DNA of 64,000 nt, from the IMG/VR virus record IMGVR_UViG_3300025316_001101. One strand, 5' to 3'. This DNA comes from a virus (Duplodnaviria > Caudoviricetes). Every line of letters begins with the position of its first letter. Position 1 is the stretch's first letter. The notes below the pieces were generated by a model, which did no database searches, was not told the DNA's origin, and saw nothing but the letters and a program-made list of their open reading frames with translations. This document shows positions 54,715-63,704 of the stretch, in pieces. Both the position numbers and the translations under genes were made by a program.

Positions 54715-55197
54715 ATGCCCACATACAAACCACATAAATGCTTAATGGTAAAAACTAAAGACAATCGTAGTTTTTTCACCCACAGCAAGTATTATCCACA
54801 ACTTACTGAATTTTCTAAGACTTTCGGAGCAGAAATCTCAGTTGTGAAAATCAAAGAAGGTGAAGTCCTAGACCTAATTCAACTGGCTCCCGCCATTTGT
54901 AATTCGGACTATACCGCCAAACCAGAATTTGAAATTCTAGAAACAAAGATACCCATCAAGAAACGATGCCGTTCTAAACTTCTAAAGAACTCACAAAAGA
55001 TCCGAAATTATATCGAATCCCAGTTCCGTAATGGAACCACCGTTTCTCTAAAGATCCTAATGAATCGCTACAAAAGATTGCGAATCACCTCGGCCTGCCT
55101 TTGTAACCACATAAAAGTAGTCCGAGAAAAACTAGAAAAAGAAGGTATGAAAATCATAAAGGTGGGTGGCGGAAAATATCAGATGAACACACAATAA
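54715..55197 (+). CDS. hypothetical basic protein
   Basis: Has promoter and SD; Lys-rich C-terminal half. Confidence 0.7.
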   Translation: MPTYKPHKCLMVKTKDNRSFFTHSKYYPQLTEFSKTFGAEISVVKIKEGEVLDLIQLAPAICNSDYTAKPEFEILETKIPIKKRCRSKLLKNSQKIRNYIESQFRNGTTVSLKILMNRYKRLRITSACLCNHIKVVREKLEKEGMKIIKVGGGKYQMNTQ

Positions 55198-55201
55198 TCT
55201 T

Positions 55202-55801
55202 CTATGTTTTAATACAACTAATTCTTTTCGTTATTTTCTGAATAAGCTGTTCACAAAAGATCATATAGTTTTTATTGAGATTGTCTATCCATGACTGGCG
55301 ATCCCCTTCGTACTTACCAATAGGATTATTGGCATTTTTTATCTGCAATTGACCCGTACCTAAGTTCGCTATACATAAATCTTTCCAATCCATAAACTCG
55401 ATTGGCACCACCTCGACCTGTTGAATGTCAACTGTCGTTTCTTTATGCTGATAATACACAAATACATATAATAAGTATTTGTTTGCATCTGCATAAAGCT
55501 TAGTAAGCCTGCCAATCGAGATTAAGTTTGGCATAGAAAACGCCGCCCCTATATGCTTAGATTTGACATCCACAAAAAATTTCATGCCATCTTTAGCTAC
55601 CAACACATCCTCAATGGAACGTTTAGATTTGGCCTTTTTTGCGGTGTAATCAAAAGACTCAATATTGTCAATAACATACTGCGTCATCATCCCTTCAATG
55701 GAATCTGCTACTGACCTCTGCATGGCAAATTGATCTACCTTAAATCGTGTGCCGATCAATTGGCTGCAAATCGTATGTAATAATCCTTTTGTATTTTGCA
55801 T
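55202..55801 (-). CDS. PD-(D/E)xK type II restriction-endonuclease-like protein
   Basis: IEG...RSIEDVLV...FFVDVKSK...SMPNLISIGRL. Confidence 0.6.
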   Translation of the reverse strand: MQNTKGLLHTICSQLIGTRFKVDQFAMQRSVADSIEGMMTQYVIDNIESFDYTAKKAKSKRSIEDVLVAKDGMKFFVDVKSKHIGAAFSMPNLISIGRLTKLYADANKYLLYVFVYYQHKETTVDIQQVEVVPIEFMDWKDLCIANLGTGQLQIKNANNPIGKYEGDRQSWIDNLNKNYMIFCEQLIQKITKRISCIKT

Positions 55802-55805
55802 AATG

Positions 55806-55836
55806 AAAAAGCCCACCCGGCAAAGCCGGGTGGGCT
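55806..55836 (-). terminator. GC-rich hairpin terminator, CCCACCCGGC family
   Basis: GCCCACCCGGC-AAA-GCCGGGTGGGC after recA. Confidence 0.85.
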
Positions 55837-55844
55837 CGATTCGT

Positions 55845-57104
55845 TCATTCGTCCTCATCACCCTTTCCAAGAGCTTCCAAATCCACATCCATGTCTTCAT
55901 TGGTAATCTCTTTTTCCTCAGTGGTATCACTGACGGACAAGTTAAGAGCAGCACCGTAAATTTCAAGATAATCACGAACTTGTTGTTCGGAGTCAGCATC
56001 AATGACAGCAGGGCACTTTAGAATTGCATCTGCTGGCACATCATTGCGAGCTTCTGTGCTTTGGAATTTAATTTCCTCGCCACCAGCCCACGGCTCCAAA
56101 ATCTTGTAATAACCCTTGCCACTCTTTTCGATACGACCAGCCGCCAATAGTGCGCCAAGCAATCCGCCCAATGGCGAAATTCCATGCTTGAAATATAGCT
56201 GCACTTCGTTGACAGCTACGAATGGAGTGAAGCTACGATTCTTTTTGTTTTGGAACGTTAAATTAACGCCCAAAGGCATTTCAGAATTTTTCTTCTTCTT
56301 TTTCTTGCCATCGTCTTCCTTGTCCTTATCCTTATCGGACTTCCCGTAAATAAGGGCATGAGCCGATGTACGAATACGACAACTGGCATAGAATGGCAAT
56401 GCATTTCCGCCACCGGCCGTAACTTCCGGCGATCCATACAATACGCCAATGGCTTGACGAGTTTGATTAATCACAAACAACGTTGCATTGTTTTCACTCA
56501 AAAACGGATTAATCTTTCGTAGAAAATCACCACAAGCCTTAGCACGCTCGCCCGGCTGCGTGTTTCCACCCACGATCCGCTTAAATTCCTCTTTAGAGAA
56601 TTTCTCAGGTAAATTTGTTTCTCTAAATTCACGTTCGGTCGGCGTTACACCAATAGAGTCCCATACAAACAAAATGGGAATATCTTTACCTTTGTATTGA
56701 CGGATCTTTTTAGTGGCAGCAACAATCTTTCGCTCCACCTCTTGTATACTAATGGGTTCATAAGTCACCAATTTCTTGGTATTGACATGACCCGCCGATT
56801 CCGCAAACATCGGATTGGCTGCACGCTCGCAGTCCAAAAGAATGGCAATGCCGCCCATACGCTGCACACTGCCTAAAACGGTATACCCCAGCAAAGATTT
56901 CGCTGAAGCCGGTGGCCCATAAACTTCAATAATCTTCCCACCGGGAAGACCACCAGTTATAAACTTGCCACTCGAAGCGAAGTTGAGACCTAAATTTCCG
57001 GTATCTAAATGATAGTCACTTTTACTGGCTTCACTTAGCGTCTCCCCACCGGTACTACTTGCCAACTCTGAAAAGAATTCATCCTCTTTGTTTTTCTTGG
57101 CCAT
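55845..57104 (-). CDS. recA: RecA/UvsX recombinase
   Basis: DTGNLGLN, GGLPGGKIIEVYGPPASAKS, LDCE, VWDS, INQ.R, GG.ALPFYASCRI, KNR..PF. Confidence 0.95.
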   Translation of the reverse strand: MAKKNKEDEFFSELASSTGGETLSEASKSDYHLDTGNLGLNFASSGKFITGGLPGGKIIEVYGPPASAKSLLGYTVLGSVQRMGGIAILLDCERAANPMFAESAGHVNTKKLVTYEPISIQEVERKIVAATKKIRQYKGKDIPILFVWDSIGVTPTEREFRETNLPEKFSKEEFKRIVGGNTQPGERAKACGDFLRKINPFLSENNATLFVINQTRQAIGVLYGSPEVTAGGGNALPFYASCRIRTSAHALIYGKSDKDKDKEDDGKKKKKKNSEMPLGVNLTFQNKKNRSFTPFVAVNEVQLYFKHGISPLGGLLGALLAAGRIEKSGKGYYKILEPWAGGEEIKFQSTEARNDVPADAILKCPAVIDADSEQQVRDYLEIYGAALNLSVSDTTEEKEITNEDMDVDLEALGKGDEDE

Positions 57105-57160
57105 ATTAAATTGTCCTTATGGTTTCATATGATTACTTTCTTTTATTGATTTATGAAATG

Positions 57161-57190
57161 ACCCTCCACGGCCGAACGGCCGTGGAGGGT
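57161..57190 (-). terminator. hairpin terminator
   Basis: ACCCTCCACGGCC-GAAC-GGCCGTGGAGGGT. Confidence 0.7.
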
Positions 57191-57210
57191 CGTAAAATTG
57201 AACCTAGATG

Positions 57211-58197
57211 TTATTCGAGTTCAATATTCTTAATCTGATTCATAAAGTCATCTTCATCCAACGACTTACTGGGTTCAGATTCAACGACCGGAGCTTTGGC
57301 AGTAGTTGTAGACGCACCTGCACCAACAATACTGTCAATGTCGGCTTCGTCCGAAACTACCGTAGCCTTAGAACCACTGGAATGATTCCCGCCAGCCTGA
57401 TATTGAGTGGGATCAAAATCACCCGTCTCGTCTTTTTCAATACCAAGATGGACCTTCAACTGGTGATCAAGAGCCTCATACTCAAGAATACCACGCTCAC
57501 GAATTGCAACAAGATCATGCAAATTCGTCAGCCATTCCTTAACCTGATCCGGCTCACCCAAAGGCGACTGGGCCAGGAATTTGGAATCGTTGTAAGTCGG
57601 GAAGGAATCCTTACCGGACTGCTTCATGACCTTAATCAACTTAAAGTCACGACCGGTCTTAGGATCGGTCACATCACCCAACGATGCGATGTCCATAGTC
57701 TTATCGCCCAAAATAAATTTGAGGATAATACCATGAAGGGTCTTTCCAACCGCCCAAATCTTCGGACCAACATTCGTTTCGACTTCTTGAGTCTTACTGT
57801 TGACCTGTTGGCGAACAATTACGTTGTAGTAATAGCGATCAATAGGCTTAATCGCTCTCGCCTTGTTTTGGGTCTGGGTGGCAACGTCGGGGGACTGTCT
57901 TTCCGACTCTTTCCACAGCCAATTGTAATATCGGCAAACCGGACAATCGCCCTGCCACTTCTTATCGACCAAGACCTTGAGACAGTGGTAGTATCGGTTA
58001 TTCAGTCTGTGGACACGGGAAGGTGCATAGAACGGGTTCTTGGGCCGTCCAAACATCTCTTTAGCAGCGGGTGGAAGCAACCGCATTGCAAAATGGCAAT
58101 TCCCATCGGGAATCAGGACGTAATTGTCCAAATAGCTGTTACCTTGCGTATTCAGCCGTTGATTTTCTTCCATCAATTCATTCAAGTCTAAACTCAT
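57211..58197 (-). CDS. T4 gp32-like single-stranded DNA-binding protein
   Basis: RLLPP, PFY..H...C...CPVC, RYYYNVIV, GRDFKL, FPTYNDSKF, acidic tail; adjacent to recA. Confidence 0.9.
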   Translation of the reverse strand: MSLDLNELMEENQRLNTQGNSYLDNYVLIPDGNCHFAMRLLPPAAKEMFGRPKNPFYAPSRVHRLNNRYYHCLKVLVDKKWQGDCPVCRYYNWLWKESERQSPDVATQTQNKARAIKPIDRYYYNVIVRQQVNSKTQEVETNVGPKIWAVGKTLHGIILKFILGDKTMDIASLGDVTDPKTGRDFKLIKVMKQSGKDSFPTYNDSKFLAQSPLGEPDQVKEWLTNLHDLVAIRERGILEYEALDHQLKVHLGIEKDETGDFDPTQYQAGGNHSSGSKATVVSDEADIDSIVGAGASTTTAKAPVVESEPSKSLDEDDFMNQIKNIELE

Positions 58198-58270
58198 AAA
58201 TCGTTCTCCTAGTAAATAAAGTTACAATCGTGATGTAGGATTAATCGGCAACAGACCGAAAATTCCAAAA

Positions 58271-58468
58271 TTATTCTTCACTTTCAAAAACTCTATCATA
58301 TTCCGCAATGATATCTTCCGCAATTTTTACCATCTTAATCCTGGTATAGTCCTGTCCATAATCGCTATTTGTACGACTTACATAAGAAGCCATTAATTGA
58401 GCAATCAGAAATTCCCGGATGGTCATTTCTACTGCTGGTACATTCGCACGTGTTATTCGTTCTTCCAT
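58271..58468 (-). CDS. hypothetical protein
   Basis: Start reassigned to MEERIT. Confidence 0.45.
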   Translation of the reverse strand: MEERITRANVPAVEMTIREFLIAQLMASYVSRTNSDYGQDYTRIKMVKIAEDIIAEYDRVFESEE

Positions 58469-58548
58469 ATAAATCTTGCATACATGCCTTACATTCTTAG
58501 AGCTTATCCGAATTGTAAAATAATTGCAAGGGCTGTTTTCAGAAAAAC

Positions 58549-58581
58549 AAAAGGCCGTCAAGAAATCTTCTTGACGGCCTT
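58549..58581 (-). terminator. hairpin terminator
   Basis: AAGGCCGTCAAGAA..TTCTTGACGGCCTT. Confidence 0.8.
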
Positions 58582-58604
58582 CGTTTCAACTGGAGGTATC
58601 GCTA

Positions 58605-59060
58605 CTAAAGGGGATTATCGTGTGCCTCCTCAACCTCACCTTCTTCTGGTTCGGTCCCCGGTTGTCGAATTTCCGGGTGCTTCTCTACCCACTTCTTTGT
58701 TTTAATTTCAAGAGCATCCATTTTCTCTTTCAATGTCATATGTCCATCAGCTTCAAGCTCAGCGTTAGTCTGCTCTCTTGCAGCCTGTTCCTTGAGATAT
58801 TCTTCTTCAAGAGCTTCTAGTATCTTCAAATTATTTTCTAGTTGTTCCAAAGCACTTTCCTCCTTATGCTGATCAAATTCGATCTGTTTTTCAGTACGTA
58901 CAAAAGGTGGAATTCGCTGCCTTGTGTTTCGCTCAGCCTTTGCTATTTCCCGATCCTTTTTACTTTGTTCTCGTATTTTGGTACGCTTCCTCAATACGGA
59001 TTCCTTGGATTTAGCTTCTCTTTGCTTCTTTTTCTTTTCTTCCAGTTTTTTACTAGCCAT
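58605..59060 (-). CDS. coiled-coil hypothetical protein
   Basis: Lys/Glu-rich, 151 aa. Confidence 0.7.
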   Translation of the reverse strand: MASKKLEEKKKKQREAKSKESVLRKRTKIREQSKKDREIAKAERNTRQRIPPFVRTEKQIEFDQHKEESALEQLENNLKILEALEEEYLKEQAAREQTNAELEADGHMTLKEKMDALEIKTKKWVEKHPEIRQPGTEPEEGEVEEAHDNPL

Positions 59061-59823
59061 TGAATGTTACCTTTTCAATTCTTGTGTCACCTTGTCTAAC
59101 TGGCATCCATACAGATTCCCAATCTTCCGGCAATCGCTCGGTCATCTTACTGAGTTTATCTTTCATACGATCTATCATAGACTCAGCATCACCAAGAGAC
59201 AGTTGACCAACATTTATATAAAAAATCAAGATGCCTTTGAGTTTTGTATTCTCTTCATAATAACCATTATGTCGTCGATTGCCAATAGAAGAAACATAGC
59301 CCTCCATACAACTTTTCAAAAAATCATCCCATTTATCATTTGCTTGATCAGCACCTTCTGCTAACTGTGGATGACCTAACTCTGCTGAATTTGCATCTTC
59401 CTCCTGGATTCTGGCTAACTCAGCCAACTCTTCTTCCTCAGTTCTCTTCTTTAATGTGTAGGTTTCCGGCCCTTTCATTGGTGGAATTGGTCGATCCCAA
59501 TATCCTTGATACCCCACTTCTTTAGTCTGCGTCTCTACTTCTGGAGCTTTGTCACAATACGAACAATTACATCCCTTAGGATGAATTTCTTCTTCTGTAT
59601 GGCAACGGCCATCGGTAATCTCCGCTGTTCTATGGAGATTGGGCAATCCCTTTGTACAGCCCTTCCACTTCTCAACAAGTTCTTTACTGACTACTACGTC
59701 ATTGACCTTGTTAGAAAATTCTATTACTGCTTTAGCTTGGTCTCTTTTCTTAAACGACCTTTTTTTAGGCTCCTGCATTTTTGGATCTAATTTTCCCATA
59801 TCTTCTTCATCATAACTGTTCAT
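59053..59823 (-). CDS. hypothetical protein with C-terminal portal(gp20)-like motif
   Basis: AGGAG SD; IFYINVGQL...AESMIDRMKDK. Confidence 0.65.
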   Translation of the reverse strand: MNSYDEEDMGKLDPKMQEPKKRSFKKRDQAKAVIEFSNKVNDVVVSKELVEKWKGCTKGLPNLHRTAEITDGRCHTEEEIHPKGCNCSYCDKAPEVETQTKEVGYQGYWDRPIPPMKGPETYTLKKRTEEEELAELARIQEEDANSAELGHPQLAEGADQANDKWDDFLKSCMEGYVSSIGNRRHNGYYEENTKLKGILIFYINVGQLSLGDAESMIDRMKDKLSKMTERLPEDWESVWMPVRQGDTRIEKVTFNG

Positions 59824-59831
59824 ATGTCTCC

Positions 59832-60617
59832 TTATCCTCTTAAATTTACCATTTTTGAATCTGCGACCATCATGGCCTCTTGCATAGGCTGCTCCACCAC
59901 GCCATCCCACATGAGTTTAGGAGCCCCCACATCATGCCGAGCATCCATAAACTCGGCGTCTAAATTAGGAGCAGGCACAAAATGCTTGTCGCTAATTGCT
60001 TGTTTTTCACCATTATCATTTACTGTTGTGTAAAGCATTCCGGCTGCGAAATTTGGGGCTGGTCTTTCTTGATAGATGGGGTATTTCTTCTTAGGAGTAA
60101 ACGCAAGATTGCGTTTTTTAGCCTCTGCCAGAAGCCAAGGTTCTGGATCGTAGACCTCCTCCCGCAAAGGTCTTCCGACTCCTGGCAAAAACTGTTTTGG
60201 AGGATGTTTTTCCGGGACTGTGTTACCTCCTCCTTTTAATGCTGCGGCCAACCCTGGATTGGCTTGCAACAATGCAGCCAACACACTCTGCGGATCTTGT
60301 GGCTGGGGTTGCTCCTCAGGTACGTCCTGTACTTGAAGATTAGCTCCATCATCAAAACTAAATTTCTTATGTTTGATCAAGATGCCGTCGTCTGTTTCCT
60401 TGTAGCTCAACTTCTTCTTGGTAAACTCATAGATCTCTACATCTACCACCAAGATGTTTCGACGAGCTAATTGAGCCATGATTTTACCAGCCGCCACTTC
60501 TAATGGCGTATCATCATAAGGAGAGCCAATTTTAACCGTCTTGGTTTCAATCTTACTCTCATCATATTTACCCTTTTCAAGTTCAGGGTGATATTTGAAT
60601 ATTATCTCGTATCCCAT
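59832..60617 (-). CDS. hypothetical protein
   Basis: 261-aa ORF. Confidence 0.7.
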   Translation of the reverse strand: MGYEIIFKYHPELEKGKYDESKIETKTVKIGSPYDDTPLEVAAGKIMAQLARRNILVVDVEIYEFTKKKLSYKETDDGILIKHKKFSFDDGANLQVQDVPEEQPQPQDPQSVLAALLQANPGLAAALKGGGNTVPEKHPPKQFLPGVGRPLREEVYDPEPWLLAEAKKRNLAFTPKKKYPIYQERPAPNFAAGMLYTTVNDNGEKQAISDKHFVPAPNLDAEFMDARHDVGAPKLMWDGVVEQPMQEAMMVADSKMVNLRG

Positions 60618-61102
60618 TAGATTAACCCCCAACTTCTAAAGTCACCAAATTCTCCATCGTATTCAAAACTATGATAGTCGTGTTTGGCCATCATGCCCTT
60701 ACACAAATTATCTCTAGCGTCCACGAATTTTTTAGTAAATCTCAACATACGCATGAAGTTCTTCAATTCCTTTTTCTGTAAAGAAATTCCCATATGTTCC
60801 ATAATTTCATCATCAGTGATTTTAGGAAGGACAGGATCAATCATTGCAGACCGTTTATCATCATCGGCAAACATCATCTTATGACGATGGTGGAAAAGCT
60901 GTTTAAGCATACCATCAATAACATCTTCACCATAAAACCCTATAGTTATGCCCCGACTGGATCGATCTACAACCTCTTTACAATAACGATCCTCTGGGTC
61001 TAGGTGTTGATCACCCATCTCAGCTTCCCATATCTTTTCAAAAGCTTCCTTCGCTTCCTTTTCTTCATAGGCATCTGCCTTCTTTTCCCAATAACTAGCC
61101 AT
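60617..61102 (-). CDS. hypothetical protein
   Basis: GGAGGG SD before MASYWEK. Confidence 0.65.
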   Translation of the reverse strand: MASYWEKKADAYEEKEAKEAFEKIWEAEMGDQHLDPEDRYCKEVVDRSSRGITIGFYGEDVIDGMLKQLFHHRHKMMFADDDKRSAMIDPVLPKITDDEIMEHMGISLQKKELKNFMRMLRFTKKFVDARDNLCKGMMAKHDYHSFEYDGEFGDFRSWGLI

Positions 61103-62075
61103 TATTACCCTCCAATTCTTCCTGACTAGAAGAGTAATCCTCCAACTCAATTTTTCCATAAAACATTTGATCGGGCATTGCCTTACCATATCGAGTCATA
61201 ATACGATAATCCCAATGACTATCTGTAGCTCCACCGGGATTAAAAAATACGGGCGTATATGGACAATAGAAATACCCAGATGTATATGCGTCACCTTTGA
61301 ACCCTATTAGAATTCTATCATCTGGCCACATGGGGTTGTCATACACATCCCATTTATTTGCTAATTTTCCAGCATATGTTGGCAATGGCCTGACACTCTC
61401 GGTAACTTCCGGCTTTTTCTTCTCTACTAATGAATAGGCAATATCTGTAGAAGTGACTATCCAATTCGGGGAGAACCCACATCTATTATTAACTCTAGCT
61501 GCGGCTATGCGAATATAATCTTCCAGATGCTCCCTAGAGCGATAGGTATGCTCAAACTTACTTCCGGCATTGGCCCACAAATCACCCGTTATTTCCCTGT
61601 TCATTTCCCACATTAACTCATTGGCACATAGGGCGACTAATTTTGCCTCATTATCAAGAGTGAATAGTTCTCCGCCCTGTAATGGCGGTATGGGAACCGC
61701 AGTTGATCGAGTCTTAGCTCTCACTGCACTAGCTTTAAGATTCCCATATTTATCTCTGTAATAGAATGAGTGCTCTGGTGCCATCATAGTCTGCACAGAC
61801 ACTAACTTAAATCCCAAGAATGTCTTTGGATTATACATCCTTCTGACTAACGGGATACTGATTCGTCTAAATTGAGGATAATAACCAGTTATATTCTTAT
61901 CCTCTGGATTATCCCTCGCCTCTACCTCTAGTTCATTGTCTATTCTTTGATTCTCAAGAACTAATGCCATTTGTTCTTGTTCAAATTCATTTTCTATACC
62001 GGCCAATAAGCCAGTTGTTTTCCAGTTTTTTACAATCTCCTTCTTTCGATTGAGAAACTTTTGTAATTCATCCAT
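61095..62075 (-). CDS. short T4 gp23/gp24-like major-capsid paralog
   Basis: W...GLL.GI, ALVLENQ, IPLVRR, LVSVQTM..P, E...EMNREI, NWIVTS, AGKLANKWDVY, GFKG, GYFYCPY.P, IMTRYG. Confidence 0.85.
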   Translation of the reverse strand: MDELQKFLNRKKEIVKNWKTTGLLAGIENEFEQEQMALVLENQRIDNELEVEARDNPEDKNITGYYPQFRRISIPLVRRMYNPKTFLGFKLVSVQTMMAPEHSFYYRDKYGNLKASAVRAKTRSTAVPIPPLQGGELFTLDNEAKLVALCANELMWEMNREITGDLWANAGSKFEHTYRSREHLEDYIRIAAARVNNRCGFSPNWIVTSTDIAYSLVEKKKPEVTESVRPLPTYAGKLANKWDVYDNPMWPDDRILIGFKGDAYTSGYFYCPYTPVFFNPGGATDSHWDYRIMTRYGKAMPDQMFYGKIELEDYSSSQEELEGNNG

Positions 62076-62084
62076 ATGTCCTTC

Positions 62085-62705
62085 CTATTTTTCTATAAGT
62101 CCCACCCCATATCGGCTTTTAACTTTTACAGGCTCACACTTATGAACCTTGCAAAAATCATAAAAAATTTCACGGGCGGGCTGGTGCTTATCAATATAGT
62201 CCATAACCACCAATCCACCTAAACTTATATGAGGCCAAATTAAATCTAAAAGCAAACGATGTTCTTCATAAGACACTTCTTCATTAATGACGGCCAAGTC
62301 CCATGTATTTGCCCGAAGTAATCCCAAGAAAGAATCATCTGTCACATTACCCACGTATACATGAATCTTTTTATGAAAATGATCCATGACATTCTTAGTT
62401 CCTAAGCGTGGGGAATAAAACTCTTCGTCCTTGTGTTGGAAGGCTAGAAAATTATCTACTGTATGGCAACCTCTGAAAAAACAGCTAGAAAATAGACCCA
62501 ACCGAAAACCAAAATCCAGCATAGTCTTTGGCTGTATATGTTTGCCTAAATAGTAATAGAACGGAATATAGCGATGATCTACATACGGCGCAGATTTGCG
62601 AGAATCTTCATCAATTACTCTGCATGTTGAAAGTAACGTAGATGCGCTAATGGTCTGACGGTCAAGCTCTTTGTCGAGCGTGGCCCCTAATGTTTTTACG
62701 TCCAA
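62085..62705 (-). CDS. class I SAM-methyltransferase-like protein
   Basis: MLDFGFRLG, WDLAVI, GGLVVMDY. Confidence 0.6.
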   Translation of the reverse strand: MDVKTLGATLDKELDRQTISASTLLSTCRVIDEDSRKSAPYVDHRYIPFYYYLGKHIQPKTMLDFGFRLGLFSSCFFRGCHTVDNFLAFQHKDEEFYSPRLGTKNVMDHFHKKIHVYVGNVTDDSFLGLLRANTWDLAVINEEVSYEEHRLLLDLIWPHISLGGLVVMDYIDKHQPAREIFYDFCKVHKCEPVKVKSRYGVGLIEK

Positions 62706-62830
62706 TTTACTAACCCTTCTAAAATAAAAGTCTCGCCCCTAACGCCCATTTGTTGACGGAAGAGGACTTGAGGCGAGAGTATTCAACCAGTTTCCTGGGT
62801 AATACACACCTGTTTATAGTCCAGTGTTAT

Positions 62831-63136
62831 CTATGCAAGATTATTAATTTTTTCGCATTCTGGCTTGAGAGGACGCCATGTACAACGATTTTCCCAGGCA
62901 CTTCCTTGAGATGCTGTTAATCGCATGGTTATAGTTGTTTCATTTGTACGATGATAAGTGCGACCGTCTGAACCGATTCTTTCCCGAGGGATTGGCTTTC
63001 CATCGCCTGCATAAAAAAATTCAATGATCGGTGGCACGCTGGTATCAATACAGTCCTCGTATTCACGGCCATCTTTGCCTTTGCACATTAGGTGTTTACA
63101 ACCATCTTTATCTACGTATGCTTTAGTTTCTTGCAT
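62831..63136 (-). CDS. hypothetical protein
   Basis: 101-aa ORF. Confidence 0.55.
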   Translation of the reverse strand: MQETKAYVDKDGCKHLMCKGKDGREYEDCIDTSVPPIIEFFYAGDGKPIPRERIGSDGRTYHRTNETTITMRLTASQGSAWENRCTWRPLKPECEKINNLA

Positions 63137-63641
63137 TTACCCACTCCTTAATCTGACATGCCAAATCTGCCAGGGAGTACACCACTTTAAGGCCCGGACG
63201 CTCTAAAGATAATTGAATTTCAACGTCCAGTCGCCGGGGATAATTGGCGTCCACGCCAACAAATATTGGCTTTGGCTCTACGTCAATTTTCAAAGAATCA
63301 TTAGCAAACGGCTTAATGGCCGGTTTGTGCGGAGTAGACCATCTTCCAAGTTCAAAAAGTGTAATTGGTTGAATAGTATCTTTAGTAAACCAAAAACTTA
63401 TAGCATCCGCCAATTTCAAGTGTTTCCACTCCCATCCAATTTGATCCACTGCTGCACTGGGATCGTTAATTGGAAAATCGGCACGACGAGGATTAAACAA
63501 TATCAAATTGATAACGTCTTCTAACTTAGATCGCATTTCTGCTTGCCAATCTTCACATCCATTAATACCTCCAGCTAAAAATAACCACTTTTCATGAGGG
63601 CTCTTACTCAACCGGGTATCTAACGCTTCTACATATTGCAT
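63123..63641 (-). CDS. nucleoside 2-deoxyribosyltransferase-like protein (second family)
   Basis: FLAGGI.GC.DWQ, NPRR, QI.WE..HL..AD.I.FWF, QPITLFELG; GGAG SD. Confidence 0.85.
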   Translation of the reverse strand: MQYVEALDTRLSKSPHEKWLFLAGGINGCEDWQAEMRSKLEDVINLILFNPRRADFPINDPSAAVDQIGWEWKHLKLADAISFWFTKDTIQPITLFELGRWSTPHKPAIKPFANDSLKIDVEPKPIFVGVDANYPRRLDVEIQLSLERPGLKVVYSLADLACQIKEWVNARN

Positions 63642-63662
63642 GTCATTCTCCAATTTTTATAT

Positions 63663-63704
63663 AAAAAAAGAGGTATCTATAAAAACAATTTATAGCACCT
63701 CTTT
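63663..63704 (-). terminator. terminator closing the candidate ncRNA
   Basis: AGAGGTGCTATAAA-TTGT-TTTTATAGATACCTCT followed by TTTTTT. Confidence 0.75.

Noticed and set aside
56900-56940. RecA Walker A reading GPPASAKS as an inactivating change
   Set aside because: UvsX-type phage recombinases also deviate at this Gly; Lys-Ser and the other motifs are intact.
717-63524. The many short ORF-track entries antisense to or nested in long genes (e.g. 5011-5373, 6241-6819, 12575-13186, 57208-58191)
   Set aside because: Shadow ORFs of well-supported genes, with no SD, motifs or independent support.
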